Source of the DNA: Cirrosporium novae-zelandiae
Lineage: Eukaryota
Direction of reading: 5' to 3'
NCBI GenBank assembly: GCA_026023565.1
Contig: JAPETS010000034.1
Location: 62,001 to 126,000, forward strand
Length of the DNA stretch: 64,000 nucleotides
Numbering within the stretch: the stretch's first letter is position 1; the number at the start of each line of letters is the position of its first letter. Position numbers and translations under genes: made by a program. Under the pieces are notes generated by a model. The model worked only from the letters and a program-made list of their open reading frames with translations. It made no database searches and was not told the DNA's origin. Below are positions 13,133 through 26,872 of this stretch, one piece after another.

Positions 13133-14590
13133 ATGGCCTCCATTGCACGTTCAGCTCGACCATTGGCGAAAGCCGCTTCCTCCCGTTCATCTATATGTAG
13201 GAAATCATTTGCAAGGCCTGAACAGTGGTAAACTAGCACTTTACTCCAAAATATTGTCATAAGATAGACCATCAGCTTATTCCTTGCCTTGCCCTCTAGC
13301 CTACGTTCCTTCTCCATCACCGCTCGCCGACGCCATGCTTCTGACTATGACATCACATCCATGCCTCCCACACCAATCACGCACTTTTCTGAACTGGAAA
13401 CTGATATGGCCGAAGCAGTTTCAAAATTCGCACAAGGTTCAATATTGCCTAAAGTCCGGGAGATGGATGAAGCAGAACACATGGATCCAGAGTTAGTTCA
13501 GCAGTTGTTCGAGCAGGGCCTGATGGGTATAGAAATTCCAGAAGAATACGGTGGTGCTGGTATGAACTTCACTGCTGGAATCGTGGCCATAGAGGAGCTG
13601 GCAAGAGTGGATCCAAGCGTCAGTGTGCTGGTGGACGTACACAATACCTTGGTAAACACCGCTATCCTGAAATATGGAACTGAAGAATCCAAGCAGAAGT
13701 GGTTACCTCAGTTGGCAACAAAAACCGTTGGTTCTTTCTGTTTATCCGAACCCGCTTCTGGCTCTGATGCTTTTGCTCTTAAGACAAAGGCGGAAAAGAC
13801 GGCGGATGGTTACAGGATCAATGGCTCCAAGATGTGGATTACCAATTCAATGGAGGCTGATTTTTTCATTGTATTCGCTAACCTAGACCCGAGCAAGGGA
13901 TATAAGGGTATAACCGCTTTTGTCGTAGATAAAAACACTAAAGGATTCTCAATTGCAAAGAAGGAAAAGAAGCTTGGAATCAAAGCAAGTAGCACTTGTG
14001 TGATTAACTTTGATGATGTTGAGATTCCAAAGGACCAATTGCTAGGAGAAGAAGGTCAAGGATATAAGTATGCCATTGGTCTTCTCAACGAAGGAAGAAT
14101 TGGTATCGCTGCTCAAATGACCGGCTTGGCTCTAGGAGCTTGGGAGAATGCTGCTGGGTAAGTGTCATATTCCTGCTTTTTGATTTCTGATGCTAAATGA
14201 TCAAACCTACTGATACTAATTAGATATGTATGGAACGACCGTAAACAATTTGGACAGTTAATAGGTGAATTTCAAGGGATGCAACATCAACTCGCTCAAG
14301 CCTATACCGAAATAGTTGCTGCCCGAGCTCTGGTCTATAATGCTTCTCGGAAGAAGGAAGCAGGTCAGAATTTTGTGATGGATGCAGCAATGGCCAAGTT
14401 GTACGCATCCCAAGTCGCTGGTCGAGTGAGCGGATCAGCGGTGGAGTGGATGGGTGGAATGGGATTTGTCCGAGAGGGTCTTGCAGAAAAGTATTTCAGG
14501 GATAGCAAAATCGGGGCTATTTATGAGGGAACGAGCAATATTCAGCTTCAAACGATAGCCAAATTACTTCAAAAGGAGTATACTAGATAG
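13133..14590 (+). CDS. Mitochondrial short/branched-chain acyl-CoA dehydrogenase (ACADSB-like); introns 13228-13299 and about 14158-14223
   Basis: Arg/Ser-rich presequence MASIARSARPLAK. Motifs FCLSEPASGSDA, INGSKMWITN, GRIGIAAQ, KIGAIYEGTSNIQ. Confidence 0.93.
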
Positions 14591-15234
14591 GCCTATCTTG
14601 ATAACTTGATCTGTTCAACTGAGTAACTAATATACGCATCATCACCACAGCTTGAAGGAATTTGGACAAAATTTAAGAAGAGGATAGTAGCTGGATTCAT
14701 TTAAAGGCCTTGGGTAATAATAATAATAATAATAATTAATATAAGATGGTATTTAAGAAAAGAGATAAAAGTAAAGTATTGATAAATGGCGAGAAAGTCG
14801 TCAAAAGGTACCCGACACTACGGCCATCCTAGAAATTAAGCGAATATATATTCAAATAAGCGACTCACCCTCAGGTTTTCAAATAAAATCGGTTTTCATC
14901 CCTCAACCTTTTTAAAGCTTAAAGGATAAAAGTTGTTTAAAACCCTTTTTAGAAAAAATAATAGTAAAAAAAAAAAATTAAGAGTCCTGCTTGTTTTGGG
15001 ACCCGCGTGGCACGGTACTCTTGTGATTAGGCCCAAAATAGGTTTAGAGCAGCTTGATTTCCCTTGCCCCTCGCGGGGCAAATTCACAGCTACGATTCCA
15101 ATACTAAAATGTCCATACACTTTCTAATAAGATACTTATTTATTCATTCTCTCGCGCCTTTTTCTTTTAGACTGCTTCTACAACCTAGTTATCTTTACTT
15201 ACAGCTATAGATCTAGAGCACATACGTTGTGACC

Positions 15235-16471
15235 ATGCGACTCCTCAAACACAACATAGATAAAAATAACGCTGGGAGCGTTACTCTTCAGCCAGAAGAG
15301 CCAGAAGATATGGTAATTTTCTCCATCTCCCTCCCTGTAGTTAGGCTCTCTGTTGACTCTCCTTTAGTGGCACGCCTACAATCTTATCCGCCCAACAGAT
15401 CTTCTCCGCGCCCAAGTAATGCGTCGTGTGAAAATCGAAAGTAGTGACACCGGTAGCGCGAAATCCACTCGTGTACTCGCCACCGTCACTATTCGCGTCA
15501 AATCCGTCGATTTCGATTCACAGGCTTCTGCCTTACATGTTGCCGGCCAGATTGTGAGTGAAACAATAGTGGCCAAAATGGGGCAATATCAAACCGTAGA
15601 CCTAGAACTCAACCGACAATTTGAGCTCAGCAAGGTCGGGGAAGATGGAGAAGGATGGGATAGCATGAGTCTAGAAGCGCTGAATGAAGCCATAAAACCA
15701 GAAAAAGGAAGCGAAGGTATCGCCGTGGTAATGACCGAAGGCCTTGCGAACATCTGCGCCATCACGCCGTACCGTACCGTTCTCCTCCAAAGAGTTGAAC
15801 AAAACATCCCACAGAAGAGTGCCACATCCACCTTACATGATACGGCCCTGAACAAATTTTTCGCGGTCATCCTATCAACTGTCGAAAGACATCTCCCCAA
15901 CCCTCTGGTCCCTATCCTCCTTTGCTCCCCCGGCTTCACCGCACAAGCATTTCAAAAATACATCTACGAACGGATGGATACAAAAAAGTCCCTTGCTCCC
16001 CTAAAACCGTTCCTTGTCATCTCACATGTCTCATCTCCCCATATCTATTCGCTGAAGGAGGCCCTCTCATCCCCCGCTCTCCGAAGTCGCCTCGCAGACA
16101 CCCGGTTTGCCAAAGAATCAGCCATAATGGACAAATTCTTCAAATATCTACGGACATGTGAATCCAGGGCCTGGTATGGCCCCAAAGAAGTAGACAAGGC
16201 CGTGGACGCTGGTGCAGTAGGGCCAGGTGGAGGGGCACTGTTAATCAGCAATAGACTTTTCAGGGCAACTAGTGTACCGGAGAGAAAGCGGTGGGTGACA
16301 TTGGTAGAAAAGGTTAAGGAGGGTGGAGGTGAGGTGAGGGTATTTAGTAGTGACCATGAGAGCGGCAAGCGATTAGAGGGACTAGGTGGTATAGCCGCTA
16401 TTCTCACGTATCCGCTTGAGGATTTGGATGAGGATGAAGAATCGATAGATGGTGGGACGACAATTTCATAA
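15235..16471 (+). CDS. DOM34: Dom34/pelota ribosome rescue factor; intron about 15312-15367
   Basis: MRLLKHNI...PEEPEDM|WHAYNLI, SPGF motif, RAWYGPKEV, HESGKRLEGLGGIAAILTYP. Confidence 0.95.
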
Positions 16472-17116
16472 AAAAAAAATACAGAAAAAGCAAAAGCGAA
16501 AAAAAAAGAATCAATGAATTAATGATGTTAATTAAATTACGATATCTGATGCACTCTGCACGGATTAATTAGGCTATGAAACTATACTTGTCAGATACTC
16601 CAAGAACCATCAGACTATAGACATTACTCATCCACTAAAAACCAAAAATCAGAAAGAAGGAAAAGGCCTAAGATGAGGCACCAAATTCTCTTGTGTGGTC
16701 GTGATTGACATATTACATCCCTGTTGGAGTTTGGCAAGGAACTCTGCTCAAACAACAACAGATTTCTTTTGCCAGCACATATTCGTCAGCTATCGTTGTC
16801 TAGGACGTGAGGATAGGTGCAATAAGGTCAGGACACGAAATATATCCCCAACATGATGCAACCTCTCAAGGAAAAGGAACTCCATGAATCGCACTATCAG
16901 CCCCTACCCCCCTATACTTTACTCCCTTTTGTCCATCAATGCTTGATTATTGTAACTTGTTTTTGAAGCACGAAGCTGGCCACAAAATATTGGAGAATAC
17001 TGTAGTACTTTTTATTCCCCTTCTTTTAAAACTTATTGCGCATCGCTATCTAAATAAAACACAAAATTGTCTTCTATAGTGCTCACAAGTCATTTCCAAT
17101 TGAAAAACACCCAAGC

Positions 17117-17518
17117 ATGCATTCTGCTTCTGATACTCCTCCAACTTCTCAACCCCCTTCACCATTCCTTGCACTTCCTGGAGAAGTACGGAATCATATC
17201 TACTCCTACATCGCTAGAAACCGTCGCAAGTTCACTCCTAGCTGTGGCGTTACCAGCAATAGCCCCTATTGTCGAGCCTCCTTAAATCAACAATACCGCG
17301 CAGATGTTAAAAATTTTCTCCTTACATGCCATCAAATCCACAATGAGCTTGGAGCCATGATTCCGCTCCTCAAATGTCCCATTCATTTGAAATTCAGGCA
17401 TTTGTACTGTCTTGATATGTTCTTAGAATCTACACCTCAAGTGCAGAGAGATCGTGTCCAGACGGTGATACTCAAGGGCGAGCTTACTCCTCGCTGGGCA
17501 ACTTTAGTTTCTGACTGA
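17117..17518 (+). CDS. Hypothetical protein with an F-box-like N-terminal motif (possibly truncated)
   Basis: FLALPGEVRNHIYSY followed by LLTCHQIHNE is the common fungal F-box-like signature (FLxLPxEIRxxIY ... LLxxCRQIxxE). The ORF is short. Confidence 0.55.
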   Translation: MHSASDTPPTSQPPSPFLALPGEVRNHIYSYIARNRRKFTPSCGVTSNSPYCRASLNQQYRADVKNFLLTCHQIHNELGAMIPLLKCPIHLKFRHLYCLDMFLESTPQVQRDRVQTVILKGELTPRWATLVSD

Positions 17519-18167
17519 GAGATGAGGTGGGGGGTTTATTCCTAGCAGTCTGGGCTTTCACCTCTGTGTTGATAAGGAGGGGGGCAAGGGAAACCAAACG
17601 TCAGAGACTTAAAATGCTCCGTCTCCTTGCACATCCGCTCGAGATACAGGTCGAGTTCGCACATGTCAATAGAAGAACAGCTGCTTGACCTTTGCTCGTT
17701 CCTCAATTGCAAGGTATATCCGAGTACAAGTATCCGTAGCAAGAATCAAGGCTGATTGTGGCATAATATCAGCTAGAAAATTTTAAAGATAGTAATGAAA
17801 ATTTCAACGACAATCTGCTCCTGGAAAGCTTACTCACTTCTTCTTTCGTCTAGGTTTACCCTTTTTCTGTTCCTACTCTCAAAATTCACTTTCACCTTTC
17901 ATCTCAACGGCTTCAAGAGAAAAGCATTTAAACTCGAGGACACTCTCTTCCTCTATTTACACCTCATACCAAAGCTCTCCCTACCTGGTTATAAGCTTAT
18001 CCCTCCTTCCCCAGTCCAAGTTTTCTCAAGCTTAAACGCCTTCAAAATCTTGTCAATCGTCAAATCAGGGATTTAATCAGGTCAACCCCTCACATTTTTC
18101 TATGTGATGCAAAGAACCGCGAAGTCCATGTTACTAACAACACATCCAAATACTCAGCTACCTCATC

Positions 18168-19238
18168 ATGTCTGTTACTAACAACATCGACACCACAATG
18201 GCTGAGCTTCAGCTCAAAACCAAGCTTGACAAGGCTGATCCTTCTATCGACGACTCTATAGCCAATTTGTCTAATGCTCCGTTCGAAAACAGGGTATCTA
18301 ATTGCAATGAACCCACAAACGAATCAACCAGAACAAACAGCAATGATCCCAAGACGAAACAAGCCGAGGACAGCAAGGCAAAGAGTGAGGAGACCACTAT
18401 CCCCGAGGAATCTCATTATGATAATGCCAACAACCTCATCAAATATCTTCCCACCTCCCCACCTCAATGGCTCCCAAAGACCGCCCCCCTCAACCACCCT
18501 CACCTCGTCGACCTCGCCAACTTTCCCCACCCCAGCACCTTCACCAGCACCATTACACCTAATCTCCTTCTCCCCGACGCCGTCGCCACCATGCTCTATA
18601 CCTGGAACCCCGAATGCCTCCGCGCATTCCTCCAACTCCAACCCGACAGCAACTTCGAATTCGTACGTCTCGAGAAGGAGAGACGAGAACAGGAGCAGAA
18701 ACGTAGCTACGTCGTTGCTCGCAGAGGTCGGAAAGATGTACTTGTAAGTTAAATGATACCACTCCTGAGTGTGTTAACTTATTTCCCTCCTTTTTTTCCC
18801 CTTTAGGTCGGCACCTTCTCCACGGACGGATACAATGGCCTCGACATAATCCCAAACATGGAATGGCATCTCCTGATTAAATGCACGATCGAAGACGACG
18901 GCGTCTGGGTCCCAGAAACCAGTCTTGATTTTGATCTTGGAGGAGAAGGAGCTGCCGTGGATAATGCCAACGCCAATGCAAATACCACATCCGTACACTC
19001 AGTTAACGTACACAATCTCAACTGGTGGTCCTGGTTCCGCAAGTACAACAACACCAACAACAACGCCGACAACGCCAACACCAATAGCGAAAACATTAAC
19101 AAAGCCAAAATCCCTGAATCCCCTAGAATGGTACAGGATCGTGCAAATTGGCTCGCTAGGGATCTTTTAATCGGTATGAAATGGAGTAATACTGCTGCTG
19201 CTGTTGATGATGCTACGATTACCTACACCGTTCGTTGA
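18168..19238 (+). CDS. Hypothetical protein; intron 18744-18806
   Basis: Long ORF joined through GTAAGT...TTAG in frame to VGTFSTDGYNGLDIIPNMEWHLL. C-rich codon usage and an Asn-rich insertion. Confidence 0.65.
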
Positions 19239-21304
19239 ATCATGGACCTTGGGGAAACAACTCTGAGCTGGGACGGTCTGGTTTTCTTCTAGGAGGCAAG
19301 AAGAAGATAGATGGTATAAGGACAAGGACAAGGGGAGATTGGAACAAAAGATTCTTTTCACTTAGGATAAAAACGGGAAGGGAGGAGTTACCTCAAGCCA
19401 GTCATGAATGTTGAATTTTGCGAATTTTCAAGGCTCTGGATAATAGAAATGAAATGGAAGAATTTACTTACTTACTCACTTACTTACTCACTCACTTGTT
19501 AATTCATGATGACATATAAAACACGTAATAAGGGAGGGGGGGGTTCCCTGGACTAAATATATACATAAATACATGCACAGTAGATAGAGTAAATAACATA
19601 CATGTATACACCAACAACCCCCATTCCCCTCCCCCTGCCCCATAAACCCATCTCGAAAGCACTTAGCAATAGCACTAATTAATCAGAGGCTCGAACAACC
19701 CCTCTATCCTCTATCCTCTATAAAGAATATAATATACATATACATACAGTAAATCCCCAAACACCACACCCTGCTGTATCTCCTTTTTCTTCACTGATGA
19801 AAATTTGTATTTTTGTATTTTTGTATATAGAATCTTAGTTAGTAGCTTCTGAGGAAAAGGAAAGGAAAGGGAAGAGAAGGAAAGGAATCCGGAGGGGGGG
19901 GGGGTGAATGATTATCATGGAATAGGTATATCTATAGTAATTTATGCCCCCTAAGAAAAAGAGAAAGGGGGAGAGAGGAAGAGAAAGAAAAGGTCAGGTC
20001 AGGTCAATCTGTCAGTCTCTCAGTCTTAGTCTAAAGAACAAGAAAAAGAAAAAAAAAAGGAAAAAAAAACCCCCCCCGAAAAAGAAAATCTCATTTCTCT
20101 ATCTCTTAAGAGTATGCGCAATCTAACATCTAACTATTTTCTAGAAAGTACTGTACTGTACCCTAGGTATTATTATCCATATCCATCCATTCATACATCC
20201 ATATTCTAGAAAGCAAATAGAAAAAAAAAAGCAAAAAAATAAGAATAAAATAATGGTTACACATTACTCACCTCACCTATTAGCTGCATCACTTTTAATC
20301 TTCTAATTTAAAAAAAAAAATCCAAAAAAAAAGAGAGAAGAAAGCCCGAACTGAGCCAAACCTACCTACCTGTCATCTGTCATGCTCATCCTCATTCCAT
20401 CTCATCTCATCTCGTCTCATATGCATGCATACACCTCTTCCCTTTCCCCTATTTCCCTATGTTCCTATGTTCCTATTTCCCTATTTTCCACACCTCGGCA
20501 TTGTGTACATGTACATGTACGACAGTGACACAGTAACATAGTAACACAAGGTCCGACGCAACACACGGGCATACGGGACGGGACGGGTATGTGCAGGTGG
20601 ATAATGCAGGATGGATATGTTGTGTAATACGGGTCGGATCTGATCTGATTAGATAGATGGGGTTGAGCAAGGAAGGAAGGATGTATTGGATTGATATTAA
20701 TTATTTACTTACCTACAAAAAAATGTAGATAGAAGGGGTTAGGGTTAGGTGATGGAAGAAAAGATAAGAAGAAAAGGGAGTGAGCTTCTCTTTCTTCCAA
20801 TTTAGACAATTCAATTTGGATCATTTAGATATATATTTGTATGATTTTAGTATTGATAACTATTAGTAAGTTATGTAGGGAGGCCATAAGTTAGGATATG
20901 ATTAGTAATTAGTAGGCCCTGCCATATAAGTCAAGGCAAAAGCCAATGCTAATTAAAGTGGTTAAGGTAGTAAAAAGGCCATGATTTGGAAATATGCATA
21001 TGATGACAATCATGTTTTGGTGATGATGATGGTGAGAGCGACCGACTTGAAAAAAATATGTGCCAGTTTGGAGTATCGACATGGTTCGTCGCAAAATAAA
21101 AAACAAAAACAAATGGAGAATCACAAAACGCAGCCCAGCGATGAGGATTACCACACATTCCCATACTACAATCAATCAATGCCGCAAAAAAATGCCAAAA
21201 GACCACAAGCCCACTCCGTTAGAATCATCCAAAACCATCCCAATGTTAGCTGTCACATAAATATATTTTTCCCCTTTTCAGTTTTTTTTGTTTTTCCTTG
21301 ACAT

Positions 21305-22710
21305 TTACAGGGCAATCATTCCCATCAGAGCTATCAGTATCGCAAAGAGTGAACTTTGCATCACTTTCTCTGTCTTCGCTGGTGCGCTGTTCGTGTCTCC
21401 CGTGCCTTGCGAGAATCCGCTCGACGATGAGCCGCTGCTGCTGCTGCTGCTGGATCCAGAACTTGCGGCAGCAGTTGCGCTGTTTGCTGCAGCACCAGCT
21501 CCTGCATTGGATACACCTGGTACATTGGCAACATTGGAGGATGACGAGCTCTCGCCTACAGACATGTTCAGGCCTGTAGCTTCGAGGGATGCTAGGACGT
21601 GTTTGTCGTCGGTGATGGCGACAGAAGTATTGAGACCGCTGTCGTCAGTGTAAATGTAGGAGTTGTCACCGGTCTTGTTGGCATTAGAGGGAGCATCGTA
21701 GCAGGTGATGTTAACTTCGGCAAAGGTGGCATAATAATAACCGTAATTCTGGATGTCTTCGCTGTCCCAGTCAATTTCACCGCCGGCCCAAGAAATTGTT
21801 CCTGCAGCATTGGTGGAGAGACCGGCAGGCCAGAGCGAGAGTTCAACGAGAGCGGGTGTTTGGGGATATTCATAACGGTTGCTAGTGGAGTTCCAGGTAT
21901 CACTTTTCTTGAGGGTGCGACCTACTTCGCCGTCAACGGACCAAGTGATCTCATCGGGTTGCCAGTCGATTTCATAAGTGTGGAAATTCTTGTAGGTGTT
22001 GGAATCAGTGGTAATATTCTTGCCATTGTCATCTAGCCCACAGTTAGTATAACAAGAAGCTCCCTTTATCAAGAAAGCCTACAGTTTTCGATGCCCTGGA
22101 AGTAGTAGTTGGTTTGGGCAGTCTCCAGCTCCACACCAACAAACTCGTAATCAATTTCGTCTTTGACATTGGACAGGAAAATAAAGGCAGTGACTACACC
22201 AGCTCCACGACTGGTCTTTAATTTTGCGGATATTTTCCCATACCAGACATATGATGTACTAGTCAACAAGGTACCAGTTGAGTTTTGAGGCATAGTCAAA
22301 AGTAGGTTGCCGTTGTATACCAATGGGGTACCGCTCGAGACCCAGTCTGTTTCTGAACTGGCGCCAAGATATTTAGTGTTGGCCATAATATTGTCGGTAT
22401 TCTTAAATTTGGTGAAGGTCTTGTCGACGCAGACAGGCTCTGGTACGCAGGCATCGAGGGAGTATGACGAAAGAGGATCACAGCCACCTAGGCAATATGC
22501 TCCAACACCGCACTCGCCATATTCTATTGAGAGACTCCTATTAGTTCTTCATCTTCTTCCAGAGAATTCAGGTAAAAAATATATCAATAACGTACGTGAG
22601 CAACAAGGAGCAGATTCAGGGCACTGGTTGTCTGTGTCGCAGTCGGTTGCCAACACAGCACGAGCAGACAGAGCTACCAAGGCGGCAGAAGCTAGAAAAT
22701 GCATCATCAT
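21305..22710 (-). CDS. UTR2: GPI-anchored GH16 chitin-glucan transglycosylase, Utr2/Crh2 type, with an N-terminal chitin-binding module; 2 introns
   Basis: Signal peptide, CPESAPCCS|YGECGVGAYCLGGCDP (CBM18-like), catalytic DEIDYE, FHTYEIDW, Ser-rich tail and hydrophobic GPI signal. Confidence 0.92.
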
Positions 22711-23696
22711 GTTTGATATCAATAGTCCACCTCCGAATCAATGAAGATATTAAGGGTAGCAAGGCAACGTATATACAGGACTGGGGGAAATGGTTGCGGA
22801 TGGCTAGTAAGGAGATTGGATTAGATCAACGAAAGTCGGGATTGCTGTAGTTGATCCGTGTCTCAGGGCTCTCAGCGTAGTTGGACCCTTCCCTAAAACG
22901 AATGCGGTATCACTATCGATATTAAATCAGATATCGGCACAAGCGAAGGAAACCGATACCTAGTAGAGCTTGGAATGGGAAATGAAGGAGAATGTTTCTG
23001 GGGGGAGGTGCACAGAGGGGGGATATGATAGAAGTAAAAGGTCCGACAGCACAGGGCACGGTTTAGTAAGAAGGATTGACATTCCAGGGCCTTAACTGAG
23101 TAGCATTTTTGTTCCAAGGGTTTCTTTTCAAGGGGGACAAATAAGATATCATGATTTCAATGTTTTGACCATTTATTAGTCATGGAATTTCCTGAAGGAG
23201 AATTAATGCCAACTACTAAATATTAGCTAGGTGGCTAATAAGTGGCTAACAAAAAAGGTCCCGCATTGGGTGTGGTGTGGTGGCGGTGGGGGGTATGTAA
23301 TGTTTTTGTTTCAACTGTCCGGGTACTTGCATTGGTTACATTGGTTACATTGCATAATTGCACAGTGGAAAGGCATAGAAGCATAGAAGGAATAGAAGGA
23401 ATTCATACTGAGTACATAACTCAGCCTTATGTTACCAGACACCCCCCGACCACCCTTCTAAAAAAAGAAATAGAATCATCTTCTTGTTCTCTACACCCTT
23501 TTTTGCTTTGCTGAGCCTCGTATCTCTTGATTTATATTTAATTTTATTGGACAAGTATCGGATAATATTTGAATACCTACAGTAGTTTGAAGAGTCTCCT
23601 GATATGATCCATTTTCCTTGCTGTTCTGCTGGGGGTAACGCTTCAAAGGGTTTCAGTTCTGAAAAGAAATCCCTCCGCCCGTACGGCCGCCCCGCA

Positions 23697-23746
23697 CTGA
23701 CACTGGCACTGGCACTGGCGCTGGCACTGGCGCTGGCACTGGCGCT
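23697..23746. repeat. Hexanucleotide microsatellite (CTGGCA/CTGGCG)n
   Basis: ctgacactggcactggcactggcgctggcactggcgctggcactggcgct read directly. Confidence 0.85.
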
Positions 23747-25120
23747 ACCAATTTCCGCCCAGATGCAAGCTTCTTCCTTTTAAGATTTTCTTTCGGTCAA
23801 TGTTAATTATCTCCATCTTATTTCAAACCTTCTACTCGCTGATCTCCTTCTTTACTCTCTGTCTTATTAAACTCATTTCTCAAAGCTAGAGAGAGCTATG
23901 GCTTATTTATATATAGTTCTCCCCCTAGATATAACCACCCTACCTTGGTAGATATAAACAATTATTGCGATCCAGTGTTTAATTCATGCTATTTCTAGCT
24001 CGCTTTTGCAATGTCAAGAAACACCATTTTGAAATGTATCATTATGCCATTTTCTATATCTGTTCTCGTTTAGTGGAATTTTGACCAATTGATTTCAACC
24101 TAGTGTGGGCGCCTCTGCAACAGGACACAAACACCTGATCTCGTGCAAGCTTGTTCGTATCTTTGTATTGTATCTCCTTATATGATGAATACATCGTATT
24201 CTATTGTATAATATCAGTTTGCTACACAAAAGTCAGATATCGTTGGCCGTTATGTGCCTCGTGTGTTACACATCTTCCTAATACTAGGTTTTTCCCTCTT
24301 CAGTCTCTGCGCCGCAACGTTTTAGGCAATATGACTTAACATTTAGGATCTTGTCGTCACCACGTCAGTAATGGCTGGTGTTTATTATTTCATACCCAAA
24401 CGGAGCTCAATCCATCTAGCCTAGGCCCATTTTGAGCCAATCCTCTGATGGCCGTGTGACTGCGAATCTATCCACCGACGGCAATCTCGCCGTCATAAAC
24501 CTGTTCAGATTCACTTTCAGGACAAAGCGCCTAATCAGAACTGGCTTACTACCTGCCGAAATTTTATGCTTATTTACAAACGGACCGAGGAGGTCACATC
24601 TTGATAATACAATAGATGCCCTAGGTTCTATCAGTCGCCATTGCCCTCTTAGACATTCGGAGGTCCTGGTAGAAATGGCGAAACCGTCCGTCATATTCAC
24701 ATCTACCATGCGTTTTGGCTAGAATACGCATTGAAAACACTCAAGCAACAATGACTGTGCAAAACTGACAAACGTTGTCTCTGGGGTGACTATTTTACAT
24801 CTTCTAAAGAGGGTGTGAGGCAAATAAAGGGGCTGATCCTAGTTCTAGTTATCCACGTATTGCTCTTTGAACAAACGCCGAGATGACCGCAAGAATTATA
24901 GATTGTTATTTAAAAGCTTTCACGATCCCGACCCTTCTTGTCTTGTCCTCTCAACCCTAGTAATCGAACCCTTGGAGACCATAGTTGGGAAATCCTGTGA
25001 ATCTTGGACTACCTTCTTCGAGCGATTGCATACCAGTCTCCTCTATCGCCTTCCACCTACGATATATACTAAGGCGACGAACTCCAACCCCAATTACCAT
25101 TATTCCTGTGGTTACTCAAA

Positions 25121-25393
25121 ATGCCGTATCATTCTCGATGCTCATGCCTCTTTAATAGAAATATGTATCAATGTGGTCACTTTAGCCAGTTGACGATGCT
25201 AAGAATGTGCGACCTAAATGAAGCCGAACTTATGCGCATATTCGATCCCCAAGAAAGGGAAGACACTATCCCTTTTACCAACCATCCTTGCTGCGAACCC
25301 CAAAATGAACGAAATATAGTTTTGAATTTTGTTCCCGCCCTGTGTCCATATTGCTGGCAAGAATATTGCAATTGCCTATATCGGAGCTCCTAG
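25121..25393 (+). CDS. Small Cys-rich hypothetical protein (CxxxxxxxxCGH ... CPxC), possibly zinc-binding
   Basis: 90-aa ORF with YQCGH and LCPYC spacing, as seen in many small unannotated fungal proteins. Confidence 0.5.
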   Translation: MPYHSRCSCLFNRNMYQCGHFSQLTMLRMCDLNEAELMRIFDPQEREDTIPFTNHPCCEPQNERNIVLNFVPALCPYCWQEYCNCLYRSS

Positions 25394-25807
25394 ACTACGC
25401 AACTGGGGATGAAATCACTAGGCTAATGGTGATGACAACTGGTCGACTATTTCTAGCCAAGGAAGGCTATTTCTATTCGGCAGTCACGTGACTAAGACCA
25501 ATCAACTCCCCGGAACATAGGAGTCGATGGTGCGTCATTATTTCGCAAGTCCCGCAGGTTCATATCTGGACGCATTGGATCTAGGACGGAGTTTGGATCA
25601 GGTTGTCATTCTTCAATTCAAGAATGGAGCTTTTAGTTTTGTGATATGGATAGGTAAAGTCACGTTTCAGCGCTGGGGATATGATAGTTTTTGATACCAC
25701 TTAGAATAAAAATGTTACAACACCTAGGATAGAGGTATAATTGGCATGGATATTGATCACTGAAGTCCAGAATCTAAGGTAGAAAGCTCAAGTTATAAAA
25801 GTAGTAC

Positions 25808-25851
25808 TACACACCGCCCGTCGCTACTACCGATTGAATGGCTCGGTGAGG
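25808..25851 (+). rRNA. 44-nt fragment of 18S rRNA (3' region); a captured fragment, not an rDNA unit
   Basis: TACACACCGCCCGTCGCTACTACCGATTGAATGGCTCGGTGAGG includes the universal SSU GTACACACCGCCCGTC motif (first G missing) and its fungal continuation. Confidence 0.92.
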
Positions 25852-26872
25852 GACAAGCAGTTGTGCAGGTAATATACAGGCACACCAAATACCTAGCAGA
25901 CCAAGGGGCTGAAGTCACTATTCGGTGGGTCCCTGGGCACCATGGAGTCCCCGGTAATGAGGCTGCGGACCAAGCAGCGAAAGCAGGCGTAACGCAGGGG
26001 AGCAGCAGGGAGGCCCCATGGACCTCTTTAGCTTACATAGCCCGCAGCATAACCGAAAAACGGGGTATAAAAATTTACGAGCAGCTGTAGCAATGGGAAC
26101 GACAAAATCACCCGAGAGGCTTTATATATTGCAACCAAAATATAAAGCGGATCGGGTGCTGGATTACGCATCAAGGGGGCTTGTCGATAGGCTCCATCAA
26201 TTAAGAACGGGGCACGCCGCTACCGGGGAGTATATGCACCGCACAAAGGCCATAACTACCCCGGAATGCTAGTGGTGCGGGGCCTCATGTCAAGATATCC
26301 CCAATTTGGTGCTAATATGCTTACGTTGGCGGACAGCTAGGGTCCGTATAAAAGGAGCTATAGAAAAGCAGGGGGGTCAGTAGCCCTGTATAGCCGATCG
26401 AGATGGGCTAGCGGTCTTGTTAGGGGACCGCAGGTTCTCTAAAGACTGGTTAAGATTTTTTAAATAATATGGGGGTGGGTAAGCCCCAATTTTGGACTAG
26501 GCATGAAAGGGAAACCCGCGAAGCTTACCTGGAGTGGGGGTGTGTAGAACGCGGGTATGGGGGGAAAGAGGACCCAGAAGAGGTGGGAATTGGGTAAGAG
26601 CTCGGCTCGCAGTAGTAACGCGAGGTGAGCGCATGCATAAAGCAGGAGCCGAATGGCTAAGAAAGAGGTACCCGGTGAGGTAGTTAAGCGATTCTAGGAA
26701 ATCTAAATCGGGGGGGGGGAGGCTTTTAAAGCCGAACCAGGGGCTTAACCCCCACCACCTTAGTTAAAAGCACGCCCGCAAGGGGACACGAAGGGGCCTA
26801 AGCCTAGGCGATAAGCCCCCGAGTCTTGTCCATCATAGCCGTCAAGCGACATATGGACATAAAACAATGAAT

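Noticed and set aside
16468..16510. A-run starting at the DOM34 stop codon, suggesting a retrocopy
   Set aside because: The gene keeps an intron, and A-runs are common in intergenic DNA throughout the window.
20737..20749. GGTTAGGGTTAGG: telomeric repeat, whose reverse complement resembles a telomerase template
   Set aside because: Only about two units, in low-complexity sequence, with no pseudoknot-like region downstream.
19300..21300. Short ORFs (for example the Lys-rich 19944-20126)
   Set aside because: Products of homopolymers and microsatellites with no protein motifs.
24416..25193. Overlapping ~100-aa ORFs on both strands
   Set aside because: No recognisable motifs or splice structure; cannot be supported as genes.
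25808..25851. Functional rDNA locus
   Set aside because: Only 44 nt match; the flanks are not rDNA or ITS.
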